A stretch of DNA of 64,000 nucleotides from an uncultured Gammaproteobacteria bacterium. Its GTDB lineage: Bacteria > Pseudomonadota > Gammaproteobacteria > GCA-002705445 > GCA-002716945. Made by a program: the position numbers and the translations under genes. The notes below the pieces were generated by a model. It made no database searches, was not told the origin of the DNA, and saw nothing but the letters and a program-made list of their open reading frames with translations. The stretch spans positions 212,340 through 276,339 of the forward strand of contig CAJQLO010000001.1 in the NCBI GenBank assembly GCA_905479195.1. The letters are read 5' to 3'. Shown piece by piece: positions 23,293-32,718 of this stretch (positions are counted from its first letter, which is position 1; each line of letters starts with the position of its first letter).

Positions 23293-23349
23293 AGATATAT
23301 ATTAAGGGTAAATTAAAAAATGTACACTATAATTAAAAATATATAAGTT

Positions 23350-24480
23350 ATGAAATCACCAATAGAGTTATATCTAGCAGATAGAATCAATAGTCAGAAT
23401 GAAATACCATTCTCTGAGTTTATGGAAATATCTCTTTATCATAAAGATTATGGATACTATACGAGTAAAAAGCAGATATTCGGTAAGAATGGTGACTTTA
23501 TAACCTCTCCAATAAATTCATCATTATTTGGAGAATCAATTTCTAATGAATTTATAAACCTTAAATTAAATATAGATAAAGATTTGAATATTATGGAAAT
23601 GGGGGGTGGAGATGCTAGTCTTGCCATAGATCTTTTGAAAAACTTAAAGATTAAAAAATGTCTCCCTAGTAAATATATAATACTAGAAATATCAGATAGC
23701 CTTATTAAGTTACAAAAAGATAACATTAAAAAATCTATTCCTGATTTATATTGTTTATTCGAATGGAGCAATTCTTTAGAAGATACGTCTATGGATGGTT
23801 TAATAATTGCTAATGAATTCTTTGACGCTTTGCCTACGGAAAGATTTAAGGTAATAGATAATAATATTGAATGCTTGTTTATTGGAATAGATGGCGATAG
23901 TTATAAGCATGTTTGGAATAGTGCGCCTCCTAACTTTATAAAAGAATTAGAATTAGCAAAAAATAATCATGAAATTTATTTTAAAAATCATTATATAAGT
24001 GAAATAAATCTTCATTATAAAAAATGGTTAAAGTCTTTAGATAAGGTTTTGAATTCAGGTGTAATATTTCTAATAGACTATGGCTATAATAGCAAAGAAT
24101 ATTTTCTAGAAGATAGGAACGAAGGAACCCTTGTTTGTGTGCATAATCATCAGCCAAACTTTGACCCGATGATGAATATAGGTGAACAAGATTTATCATC
24201 TTTTGTAAATTTTTCACACTTAAATAATATATGCTTAAGTACAAAACTTGATATTGCAGGTTACCTTATACAATCTAATTTTTTAATCAATCTTGGAATC
24301 TTGGACTTATTTCAAAGTAAAAAAATGTCTGAAAATGAAAAGTTAGATGAGCTAAATAGATTGAAAAATATTCTCTTGCCAAATACAATGGGTGAAATAT
24401 TTAAAGTTCTAGTGATGAAAAAAAATATCGACATTCCATTATTATCAACTAAAGAATTTAATCATATACATAAGTTATAA
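23350..24480 (+). CDS. SAM-dependent methyltransferase, MidA/NDUFAF7 (DUF185) family
   Basis: 376 aa. Has FSEFMEISLYHKDYGYY, GDFITSP, IMEMGGGDASLA and ANEFFDALP motifs characteristic of the family. Confidence 0.7.
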   Translation: MKSPIELYLADRINSQNEIPFSEFMEISLYHKDYGYYTSKKQIFGKNGDFITSPINSSLFGESISNEFINLKLNIDKDLNIMEMGGGDASLAIDLLKNLKIKKCLPSKYIILEISDSLIKLQKDNIKKSIPDLYCLFEWSNSLEDTSMDGLIIANEFFDALPTERFKVIDNNIECLFIGIDGDSYKHVWNSAPPNFIKELELAKNNHEIYFKNHYISEINLHYKKWLKSLDKVLNSGVIFLIDYGYNSKEYFLEDRNEGTLVCVHNHQPNFDPMMNIGEQDLSSFVNFSHLNNICLSTKLDIAGYLIQSNFLINLGILDLFQSKKMSENEKLDELNRLKNILLPNTMGEIFKVLVMKKNIDIPLLSTKEFNHIHKL

Positions 24481-24481
24481 T

Positions 24482-25252
24482 ATGGAATTCATACATATAT
24501 TAATACTGTCAGCTATTCAAGGCATAACCGAGTTTCTGCCCATATCTAGCCAGTCTCATTTAATACTCACCTCGTATCTATTAGGGCTAAAAGATCAAGG
24601 AATAGGGTTTGATATTGCGCTTCATTCAGGGTCTTTGATTGCTATCTTAATCTATTATAGAAATGAGATTAAAAAAATATTATCGTTGACTAATGAAGGG
24701 CTAGACTACCTTAAATTAATAGTAATTGGGTCAATCCCATTACCTATTATAGGTTTACTATTTATTGATATGGTCTCTATCAATATGCGTTCTATTAGCT
24801 CGATTGCTTTAATGACCATATTGTTTGCAGTTATTTTATATTTAGCTGATTCTAAAAAGAAAGATGAAATAACTAAGCTAACAAATATTAGTATATTCAC
24901 TATTATATTTATTGGTTTAATGCAGACATTAGCTATAATGCCGGGTGTTTCTAGGTCAGGGATTGTTATTACAGCAGCGTTGTTAGTAAACTTTAGTAGA
25001 GAAGATTCTATTAAGATTGCTTTTTTATTGTCTATGCCTGCTATTTTTATGGCGACGGTATATCAATCAATGCAACTATATAAAATAGGAAATGTTGAAA
25101 TTTTAAATGAGCATTTATTAGGGATATTTTTATCTTTCATATTTTCATACATTACTATTCATTTATTTATATCAACTATAAATAAAATATCATTCACTCC
25201 ATATATTATTTATAGATTAATCTTAGGTGTGGTTTTAATCAGATTTATTTAA
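24482..25252 (+). CDS. uppP: undecaprenyl-diphosphate phosphatase
   Basis: 256-aa polytopic protein with the [14 protein letters not shown] and PGVSRSG motifs. Confidence 0.9.
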   Translation: MEFIHILILSAIQGITEFLPISSQSHLILTSYLLGLKDQGIGFDIALHSGSLIAILIYYRNEIKKILSLTNEGLDYLKLIVIGSIPLPIIGLLFIDMVSINMRSISSIALMTILFAVILYLADSKKKDEITKLTNISIFTIIFIGLMQTLAIMPGVSRSGIVITAALLVNFSREDSIKIAFLLSMPAIFMATVYQSMQLYKIGNVEILNEHLLGIFLSFIFSYITIHLFISTINKISFTPYIIYRLILGVVLIRFI

Positions 25253-26329
25253 GAATTTTCTTATCGCATCTTGTGCAATTTCTCTATGTACATTTTCAAT
25301 AATATTTTTAATTTCAAGGCCAGGCTTTTTTTGATCTTCATCGCTTAGTTTAAAATTATTTATATTTTCAATCAGCTCTTCAAAAAAATTTTTATGTCCA
25401 TCAGGCATGATATAAAAATAATATACACACTTCATAAATGAACTTAGTCGATCTTTTTTACGAATATCCATTTTCTTTATAAGAGATAAAAGTGCATCAT
25501 AATCCTCAGTACTATCTGGAACATAGTCACAATAATCACGTAAACAATTAGAAAATAGCAGCGCCAAACTTTTGTATTCATTTGGAACTTTTAATCTTTG
25601 ACAAAAAGATTCAATTCCTTCAGGAGCTTTTATGCAGTCATATAAATTAAACGAAATAATTTCAACTTTTGTTGCATCACTTGGGAAAAATAGTCCCGTC
25701 CCGCTATTTAGAATTTCAGGGAATAATATATCTCGAGCATGATGAGTGATTAAAAAACTAAAGAATTTATCTAAGTCGCTACCGGTTTTATATATTTCTA
25801 ACCATTTTCTTTCAGGTGTCAGGTACTCAAGCTCTCCACTCTCAATAATCTCTTTTATTTTATCAACTGTTTCTGGTACAACTATAAAATCATTAAATTT
25901 GGCATAAAACCTTGCAACCCTGAGAACTCTTAGAGGGTCTTCAGAGAACGCATCAGAGACATGTCTTAGTTTTTTGTTTTTAATATCTTCTTGCCCATTG
26001 AATGGATCAATAAGGTTTCCATCCTCATCTTGAGCTATTGCATTAATAGTTAAATCTCTTCTAGCTAAATCCTCTTCTAATGTAACATTAGAGTTAGTAT
26101 CAAATTCAAATCCTGTATAACCATGACCTGACTTTCTCTCAGTTCTTGCCAGCGCATATTCTTCGCCTGTTTTAGGATCTATAAATACTGGGAAGTCTTT
26201 GCCAACTTGTTTGAAACCTTTCTTCTGCATTTCATCGGGTGATGAGCCAACAACAACCCAGTCATGGTCTTTAACTGGTCTGCCTAGCAATTTGTCTCTA
26301 ACAGCGCCACCAACTAAATAAATTCTCAT
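25235..26329 (-). CDS. cca: tRNA nucleotidyltransferase (CCA-adding enzyme), short form
   Basis: 364 aa starting [26 protein letters not shown], with RRDLTINA. Its 3' end overlaps the uppP 3' end by 18 nt. Confidence 0.85.
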   Translation of the reverse strand: MRIYLVGGAVRDKLLGRPVKDHDWVVVGSSPDEMQKKGFKQVGKDFPVFIDPKTGEEYALARTERKSGHGYTGFEFDTNSNVTLEEDLARRDLTINAIAQDEDGNLIDPFNGQEDIKNKKLRHVSDAFSEDPLRVLRVARFYAKFNDFIVVPETVDKIKEIIESGELEYLTPERKWLEIYKTGSDLDKFFSFLITHHARDILFPEILNSGTGLFFPSDATKVEIISFNLYDCIKAPEGIESFCQRLKVPNEYKSLALLFSNCLRDYCDYVPDSTEDYDALLSLIKKMDIRKKDRLSSFMKCVYYFYIMPDGHKNFFEELIENINNFKLSDEDQKKPGLEIKNIIENVHREIAQDAIRKFLNKSD

Positions 26330-27273
26330 TCACTTCTGCCTGACTTCTTTCTAAGGTTTTCAATATGTTTTTGTTTTAATGAAAAGTTTAGGTAACCCGG
26401 AACTATATCTTCTAAAGATAGTTTCCCTTTAAACCCTTGATTACTGGAACTATCAGTTTGTAAGGACAAAAAATTATCTAATGTAAATAATTTCCCAGGT
26501 AATCTTTGAAAGATAACAGCCTGTAATTTTGATAAAGTATAATTTAGTGGAATAATAAGCCTTCTAATCTTTAATGCTTTTAATGTAATATCTATGAGTT
26601 GCCTAAAGGTATATTCATTTGGACCAGTAACATCAATTTTTTGACCATATGTTTTATTATCACGGATTGTACTTATCATAAAATCTGTTAGCTCATTGAC
26701 ATAGATAGGCATAAATTTTGAATCCGGGCATGCAAGAGGAAAGACAGGTAAAAATTTAAGTATTATAGAAAATTTATTAAAAAATGAGTCATCCTCCCCA
26801 AATACAATCGATGGTCTAAAAATTGTTGTATTACAAAAATCATCCATATTGTCTCTAATATAATTTTCTGCCAAACCTTTTGTAATTAAATACTGACTTG
26901 TTGCTCTTGGATCAGCATTAAGGGAACTAATATGTAGATAACGTTTAACTTTATTAAGTTTTATTGCATTAGATATTTTTTTCGTCAATTCATAATGTAA
27001 ATTATTAAAAGTATTGTCTATGCCAGACTCATTCAATATACCTATGGTGTTGATAACTATATCTGAGCCGGAAAACATAGCGTTTAAGGTTCTCTCATCC
27101 GACACGTTTGCCCGAATAATTTCTAAATTAGGTATCAGTTTTAAATCTTTATTGGCTTCAATATTTCTTGTTAGTACACAAATTTTATCGCATAAAGGAG
27201 CTAGTTTAGCGCATAACTGTGAACCAATGAATCCAGTTCCACCTAATATTATAATTTTACCTAAGCTTTGCAT
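26326..27273 (-). CDS. NAD(P)-binding epimerase/dehydratase family protein, NDUFA9-like
   Basis: 315 aa. Has a [10 protein letters not shown] Rossmann motif and overall resembles the complex I NDUFA9-like atypical SDRs. 4-nt overlap with cca. Confidence 0.6.
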   Translation of the reverse strand: MQSLGKIIILGGTGFIGSQLCAKLAPLCDKICVLTRNIEANKDLKLIPNLEIIRANVSDERTLNAMFSGSDIVINTIGILNESGIDNTFNNLHYELTKKISNAIKLNKVKRYLHISSLNADPRATSQYLITKGLAENYIRDNMDDFCNTTIFRPSIVFGEDDSFFNKFSIILKFLPVFPLACPDSKFMPIYVNELTDFMISTIRDNKTYGQKIDVTGPNEYTFRQLIDITLKALKIRRLIIPLNYTLSKLQAVIFQRLPGKLFTLDNFLSLQTDSSSNQGFKGKLSLEDIVPGYLNFSLKQKHIENLRKKSGRSE

Positions 27274-27349
27274 TTAAATTTGTATCCAGTAAGATATTAT
27301 TAATTCTATTATACAATATTAATATAGAACAAACTATTTAAGGATACAT

Positions 27350-27835
27350 ATGGATTCTATTAAAATTACTAAAGATATGTTTGTCGTATTAACATATGAG
27401 CTCTATGATGATAAATTAGAGCTCCTTGAAAAAGTTGATCAGCCAGTAACGCATATTCATGGTGAAGGAAAAAAATTATTACCAATTATTGAAAATTCTC
27501 TTGATGGCAAGGTAGCTGGCGAAGAGGTAGAAGTTAAAGTTTCTCCTAATGATGGCTTTGGTGGGTATGATTCATCATTGGTAATTAATGAAAAACTCAC
27601 AAATGTCCCTGAAGAATTTAGGAAGTTAGATGAAACTATAGCTTTTGCAAACAAGTCGGGTGATACAAAAGATTTTAAAGTGACAGAGATTACCGACCAA
27701 AAAATTGTTTTAGATGGGAACCATTATCTTGCAGGAAAGTCGCTTTTGTATAAAATTAAAATTTTAGATGTTAGAGAAGCAACACAGTATGATAAAGAGC
27801 AAGCTCAACTAGACTTTCTACGATCTAAAGCTTAA
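27350..27835 (+). CDS. slyD: FKBP-type peptidyl-prolyl isomerase SlyD-like (no His-rich tail)
   Basis: 161 aa, colinear with E. coli SlyD including VLDGNHYLAGKSL (E. coli VVDGNHMLAGQNL) and REAT. Confidence 0.8.
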   Translation: MDSIKITKDMFVVLTYELYDDKLELLEKVDQPVTHIHGEGKKLLPIIENSLDGKVAGEEVEVKVSPNDGFGGYDSSLVINEKLTNVPEEFRKLDETIAFANKSGDTKDFKVTEITDQKIVLDGNHYLAGKSLLYKIKILDVREATQYDKEQAQLDFLRSKA

Positions 27836-27854
27836 ACCTTTTTTAAATATGAGC

Positions 27855-29777
27855 CTAGATAAGACTCATATTAAGTACTCCTTCCATTTTTTCAGCCATT
27901 TCTGACTTACCAGTTCTACTGTCACCAATCGTTGCAACTGTGATGTCTAACTGTTTTAGTGTTTCATCTCCAAGTGCTGTACGTTTATCAATAGCTGCTT
28001 TTTTTATTAATTCAATCATATCATGCGCAGCACGCTCTGGTCCTTCATGCTCAACCATAGCTCTGTCGTTAAAACCACAGTCTGCCAGTTGATCATCAGT
28101 ACTTTTAACATATGTTCCTGCCATTAACATACTATGAGCTACACCAATTTTCATTTTTCCTTGGCCAACTCTATCTTTAATATTTGCTAAGAATTTCTTT
28201 TCAATTTTTTCAAATTGCCCATAAAGCTCTTCATGGTTTGGAACAAGAGAGCCATCATTTTCTTTAAGAAGAGGAAATGGATTAGCCCAATAACTAATTT
28301 CCACATCACCTCTTTTAGTTTGAGTGCTACCAGCTGCTACTCGTGCACCACTTCTAAAGTGCCCCAGAGCTTCATCAACTGTCATATTTGTATTCATACA
28401 TGATTTGGTTGGATGAATAAGTTCATAGTTATTCAGATAAAGCATAATATCTAACTCTGAACCAGTTGAGATTTCTGAGTACTCTGTTACTGGTACAATT
28501 TGTCTAGCATTTGTTCCAGAATGTTTATTATAACCAATTTCTCTACCTTCCATTTGCATTTTAGCATGTTCACTAAAACCATCCAGACAAGCAAATGCTC
28601 CAGTTTCTGTACCATAGAAATATGGTGATAGTGACTTATCATCATTTTGAATTAATTTTGCTCTACCCATGTCATCAGCTTTAACAAAAGAATCAAAGAT
28701 ATATGGTTCATTTGTTTTTTCATCAAATTTAACAACATATCTTGTACATCCGCAGTGAAGAGGCAAATCATCATTCATTATGCAAAGTACATTATGAAGA
28801 GTTAAAATTGGTTTTTTACCATATCCAAAATATTTACACTGATCAAGATTAGGTATGAGCCCAACTAACAAATTATTTTTTTTGTCATGATAGTACCCTA
28901 GATCTTTCATATCTGAATCTGGGCAACCAAAAATAAATACTCCATCCGGCTGTTTATCTGTAATATTTTTTACATTAGAGAATGGAAATAGATTTAGTAA
29001 GCCTGGTTCCATTTCAACACAACCTCTTGATTTATGGATATAGCATAAAATATTCCATGCACCGACTTCAAAAGGAATGGCCACATAGTCTTCTGCTTTA
29101 AATTTATCATTCTTAAAAGGATTATGTTCTAGAGCATAAAATGGAAACTCTCTTTTATTAGCATGAGTCTCATAATAAACACCTGTTCTCATATCCGCAG
29201 TTGTGGTCATAGCAACCTTACTTAAGCTTGAATATTCGCCGGGTAAATTAACAAAGTGCCCCGAGATTTCTCCAACTGCAACATTTGGATGGCACTCAAG
29301 CCCTTTCGTTCTTCTTACACCATCTCCAAGGCCAGCACGAATAAGCAAGATTCTTCTTGTTTCAAGAATAAGCTCAGAAAGTTTATCAGCCTTCAACGTT
29401 ACACTGTCTTTTATCATTTCAGCATCCGTTCCCTCTTCTAATATTTCATTATGAAGCCTAACAAGGCGTGTATAAGATTTTGTTCTATAGTGATGAAACG
29501 CTCCATCAATAAATTTAACGGAATCTCTATGAACTTTTAATTCGTCACCGGAGAAAGGAGTATCTCCTTCTATAATAGTAATATAAGTACTAGCATCAAT
29601 ACTATTTATGTAGTCAATCTTATGAAGAACGTCATCTTTAAGATCAGTATTTTCACGATTTTTTAATTCTTTTATAAATTGTTTTTTATAAATATCCAGA
29701 TATTGAGCAAAAGCTTTACTTTTCAGTAATTGCGCTGGAGTAGTACATCCGTCTCTTATTTCTAGAATTTGTTCCAT
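27855..29777 (-). CDS. conserved-looking 640-aa soluble protein of unknown function
   Basis: Uninterrupted 1,923-nt ORF with no TM helix or signal peptide. I recognise no family. Cys/His patches ECHPNVAVGEISGH, FGCPDSD, LHCGCTRY, FACLDGFSEH, plus a Walker-A-like GDSRTGKS near the C-terminus. Divergent from sat. Confidence 0.6.
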   Translation of the reverse strand: MEQILEIRDGCTTPAQLLKSKAFAQYLDIYKKQFIKELKNRENTDLKDDVLHKIDYINSIDASTYITIIEGDTPFSGDELKVHRDSVKFIDGAFHHYRTKSYTRLVRLHNEILEEGTDAEMIKDSVTLKADKLSELILETRRILLIRAGLGDGVRRTKGLECHPNVAVGEISGHFVNLPGEYSSLSKVAMTTTADMRTGVYYETHANKREFPFYALEHNPFKNDKFKAEDYVAIPFEVGAWNILCYIHKSRGCVEMEPGLLNLFPFSNVKNITDKQPDGVFIFGCPDSDMKDLGYYHDKKNNLLVGLIPNLDQCKYFGYGKKPILTLHNVLCIMNDDLPLHCGCTRYVVKFDEKTNEPYIFDSFVKADDMGRAKLIQNDDKSLSPYFYGTETGAFACLDGFSEHAKMQMEGREIGYNKHSGTNARQIVPVTEYSEISTGSELDIMLYLNNYELIHPTKSCMNTNMTVDEALGHFRSGARVAAGSTQTKRGDVEISYWANPFPLLKENDGSLVPNHEELYGQFEKIEKKFLANIKDRVGQGKMKIGVAHSMLMAGTYVKSTDDQLADCGFNDRAMVEHEGPERAAHDMIELIKKAAIDKRTALGDETLKQLDITVATIGDSRTGKSEMAEKMEGVLNMSLI

Positions 29778-29855
29778 AACTCATTATTCCTCTATTTGAT
29801 TAATATATACTTATTTTTACAAGCATATAAGTACCATCTTTGCCAGAAAAGTTCT

Positions 29856-29884
29856 TTGACCATTTAAGCAACGTAGATTATAGT
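29856..29884 (+). promoter_or_regulatory. candidate sigma-70 promoter for sat (TTGACC-N17-TATAGT)
   Basis: TTGACC at 29856-29861 and TATAGT at 29879-29884, with a 17-nt spacer, about 54 nt upstream of the sat ATG. AT-rich background makes chance matches likely. Confidence 0.3.
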
Positions 29885-29937
29885 ATTAGTCTTCCCAATC
29901 ATCAATGGGCATTTAATAATATAACTATGGATATTTT

Positions 29938-31131
29938 ATGAAAAATTTGATAGCACCTCATGGGTCAGACTCATTAAACCCTTTATTCGTCAATGATTCT
30001 TCTCAAAGAGAGAGCCTCATTAGCAAATCAAAAGACATGCCTCAATTATTATTAAATTCTGCAGCAGCAGCCAATGTTGTTATGCTTGGAGCTGGATATT
30101 TCACTCCATTATCAGGATTCATGGACAAAAAGAACGCCATTAGTGTGTCAAATAACATGTTAACAACAGAAGGTCTATTTTGGCCTGTTCCAATTGTTAA
30201 CCTCACTAAAGATTCAAAAAATATAAAAATAGGTGACGAAATAGCATTGTTAGATCCAAACATGGAAGGTAATCCGGTAATAGCTATACAACAAGTTTCA
30301 GCAATTGAAAATCTAAGCGATGATGAAATAAAAGTAATGACAGATAAAGTTTTTGGAACTACAGATAAAAGTCACCCAGGAGTCGCAAATTTCTTAAGTC
30401 TTGGCAATACATTAATTTCTGGTGATATTAAGGTATTAAACTATAGTTATTTTCCAAATGAGTTTCCTGGTACTTTTGCTACTGCTCCAGAAATTAGAGA
30501 AATGCTTGCAAAAGCAGGGTGGTCCAAGACAGTTGCTTTTCAAACTAGAAATCCAATGCATAGAGCTCATGAAGAACTCTGTAAAATGGCTTTAGAAAGG
30601 CTGGATGCTGATGGCGTTTTAATTCATATGACATTAGGAAAGCTTAAAGAAGGTGATATACCCGGTGATATTAGAAATTCAGCCATAGCTAAAATGGTAG
30701 AGATATATTTTCCAGAGAATACTGTCATGATTTCAGGTTTTGGGTTTGATATGCTATATGCAGGACCTAGGGAAGCTTTATTACATGCTGTATTCAGACA
30801 AAATTGTGGTTGTTCACACTTAATAGTTGGAAGAGATCATGCAGGTGTAGGTGATTATTATGGTCCATTTGAAGCTCAGGAAGTATTTAAACTTGACGTA
30901 GTCAAAAATTCTCTAAAATTAGAGATATTTTCAGCTGATCACACTGCTTTTTCAAAGAAACTAAATAAAGTTATAATGATGAGAGATGCTAAAGATCACT
31001 CAAAAGATGACTTTGTACTACTATCTGGGACCAAAGTCAGAGAAATGCTGTCAAACGGCGAGGAATTACCTCCTGAGTTTGCAAGAAAAGAAGTTGCTGA
31101 AATATTAATGAGGTACTATCAATCCTTATAG
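29938..31131 (+). CDS. sat: sulfate adenylyltransferase (ATP sulfurylase), homo-oligomeric Sat type
   Basis: 397 aa with the QTRNPMHRAHEEL and VGRDHAGVG motifs. Confidence 0.95.
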   Translation: MKNLIAPHGSDSLNPLFVNDSSQRESLISKSKDMPQLLLNSAAAANVVMLGAGYFTPLSGFMDKKNAISVSNNMLTTEGLFWPVPIVNLTKDSKNIKIGDEIALLDPNMEGNPVIAIQQVSAIENLSDDEIKVMTDKVFGTTDKSHPGVANFLSLGNTLISGDIKVLNYSYFPNEFPGTFATAPEIREMLAKAGWSKTVAFQTRNPMHRAHEELCKMALERLDADGVLIHMTLGKLKEGDIPGDIRNSAIAKMVEIYFPENTVMISGFGFDMLYAGPREALLHAVFRQNCGCSHLIVGRDHAGVGDYYGPFEAQEVFKLDVVKNSLKLEIFSADHTAFSKKLNKVIMMRDAKDHSKDDFVLLSGTKVREMLSNGEELPPEFARKEVAEILMRYYQSL

Positions 31132-31235
31132 TTTATATGGTTAAAAAGAATATACTTATTTACTAATAATTCATTCCAAACGGATTAAGAATATATTATA
31201 ATCTTTTGCAGAAAGTAATAAATAATGGAGATATT

Positions 31236-31388
31236 ATGTCGAAAGTCACTAAGAGTGTAACTGGAAACTCTATAACACATAGAACTAAAGCAATTACAGT
31301 AAATGATAAGATATCTCTGCCTGTAAAGCTTAAAATTACTGAAGGCCCAATCAAATCAACTAAAAGAAGCCAAGCTATACAAGCCTAA
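31236..31388 (+). CDS. tentative 50-aa basic, hydrophilic protein between sat and aprM
   Basis: ATG at 31236 is preceded by GGAG (31227-31230) with a 5-nt spacer, the same RBS style as aprM, aprB and aprA. Product is MSKVTKSVTGNSITHRTKAITVNDKISLPVKLKITEGPIKSTKRSQAIQA. The track's TTG at 31206 lies further upstream in the same frame. Confidence 0.35.
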   Translation: MSKVTKSVTGNSITHRTKAITVNDKISLPVKLKITEGPIKSTKRSQAIQA

Positions 31389-31411
31389 ACTGAATTAAAT
31401 CCGGAGAAATT

Positions 31412-32194
31412 ATGATAACAGTTAACCCATTCATCGATAACGTACTAAATATTGCACCTGCATATATGCAAGGATTTTTGGTTCTTATGGTTATATTCAC
31501 TATAGGTGGTGTAGTTTTAGATATGATGCATAAAAAGAATGTTAAATTCTTTTTTAATAATGCAAAAAAAGCAAAATTGTCTGCAACAAAATCTGTAAGT
31601 ACAGGTGAAAAAACAGCTATTATTGTAAAAACACTAGCTCATGACGTTGCAACTTCTGCAGAATTCTGCGGAGTAACAAGAAGAATCACTCATCTTTTAG
31701 GAATGTATGGAACAATTCTATTTTGGGTATCATCAGCAGTAATGATTTTCAGCGCTTCTTCTACGTCAACAATTTACCCAATGTTATGGCATATAGGAGC
31801 AATAATGACATGTGTCGGTGGTTATTGGTTCTGGTTCATACAAAGAGTAGATGTTAGAGCTGAAGGTAATAACTGGAGTAGAATTGTTTTTGCTGATCTT
31901 TTTGTACTCTCGTTAGTAATAACTTCAACATTTGGCCTATTATGGTCATATTTCCAATCAGCTAACTCAAATGGCTTAGCAACATTGTTCTTTATCATGT
32001 TTGTGATATCCAATGTAGTTTTATTTGGTGGAGTATATTGGTCTAAGTTTGCACATATGTTTTACAAACCAGGTGCTGCTATCCAAAAACATTTGGCTGA
32101 AGCTGACGGGTCAAGAGATGACTTGCCTGAGCCAGCAGATTTACCAAAACAATTTGGTTTAGGAATCAAGCGTTCCGAGCCACAGAATTATTAA
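31412..32194 (+). CDS. aprM: APS reductase membrane anchor AprM
   Basis: 260 aa with about five TM helices and a charged C-terminal tail. It lies between sat and aprB, as in the sat-aprMBA loci of gammaproteobacterial sulfur oxidisers. GGAG RBS. Confidence 0.75.
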   Translation: MITVNPFIDNVLNIAPAYMQGFLVLMVIFTIGGVVLDMMHKKNVKFFFNNAKKAKLSATKSVSTGEKTAIIVKTLAHDVATSAEFCGVTRRITHLLGMYGTILFWVSSAVMIFSASSTSTIYPMLWHIGAIMTCVGGYWFWFIQRVDVRAEGNNWSRIVFADLFVLSLVITSTFGLLWSYFQSANSNGLATLFFIMFVISNVVLFGGVYWSKFAHMFYKPGAAIQKHLAEADGSRDDLPEPADLPKQFGLGIKRSEPQNY

Positions 32195-32226
32195 GAATTT
32201 AAAATAGATTAAACGGAGAGAAAATT

Positions 32227-32718
32227 ATGTCAACTTTTGTATATATGACCAGATGCGACGGATGTGGACATTGTGTGGATATTTGTCCATCAGATATTAT
32301 GCACATTGATAAACTTATTAGACGTGCAGTAAACATTGAACCTAACTTTTGCTGGGAGTGTTACTCTTGTGTGAAAGCGTGTCCGCAGAATGCTATTGAT
32401 GTTCGTGGATATGCAGATTTTGCTCCAATGGGACATAAAGTTCGTGTTCTTCGTGAAGAAGAGAAAGGGGTTATTAGCTGGAAGATTAAGTTTAGAAATG
32501 GCCACATGAAAAGTTTTGTTTCGCCAATCACTACTAAACCATGGGGAAAATTCATCCCTAAATTAGCCGAGAAAGACGTACCTAATAAAGATGCGCATGA
32601 TAATAATAGATTATATGGTGAGCCAACTTATTTAAAAACTGGAAAAGTTCCAGTATCAGATACAGGCGTCCCTTTAATGGCAAAAGTTGGTAAATTGAAA
32701 CAAGGAGTGTATTACTAA
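32227..32718 (+). CDS. aprB: adenylylsulfate (APS) reductase beta subunit
   Basis: 163 aa with two ferredoxin-type clusters (CDGCGHCVDICP, CWECYSCVKACP) and the AprB C-terminal tail. Confidence 0.95.
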   Translation: MSTFVYMTRCDGCGHCVDICPSDIMHIDKLIRRAVNIEPNFCWECYSCVKACPQNAIDVRGYADFAPMGHKVRVLREEEKGVISWKIKFRNGHMKSFVSPITTKPWGKFIPKLAEKDVPNKDAHDNNRLYGEPTYLKTGKVPVSDTGVPLMAKVGKLKQGVYY

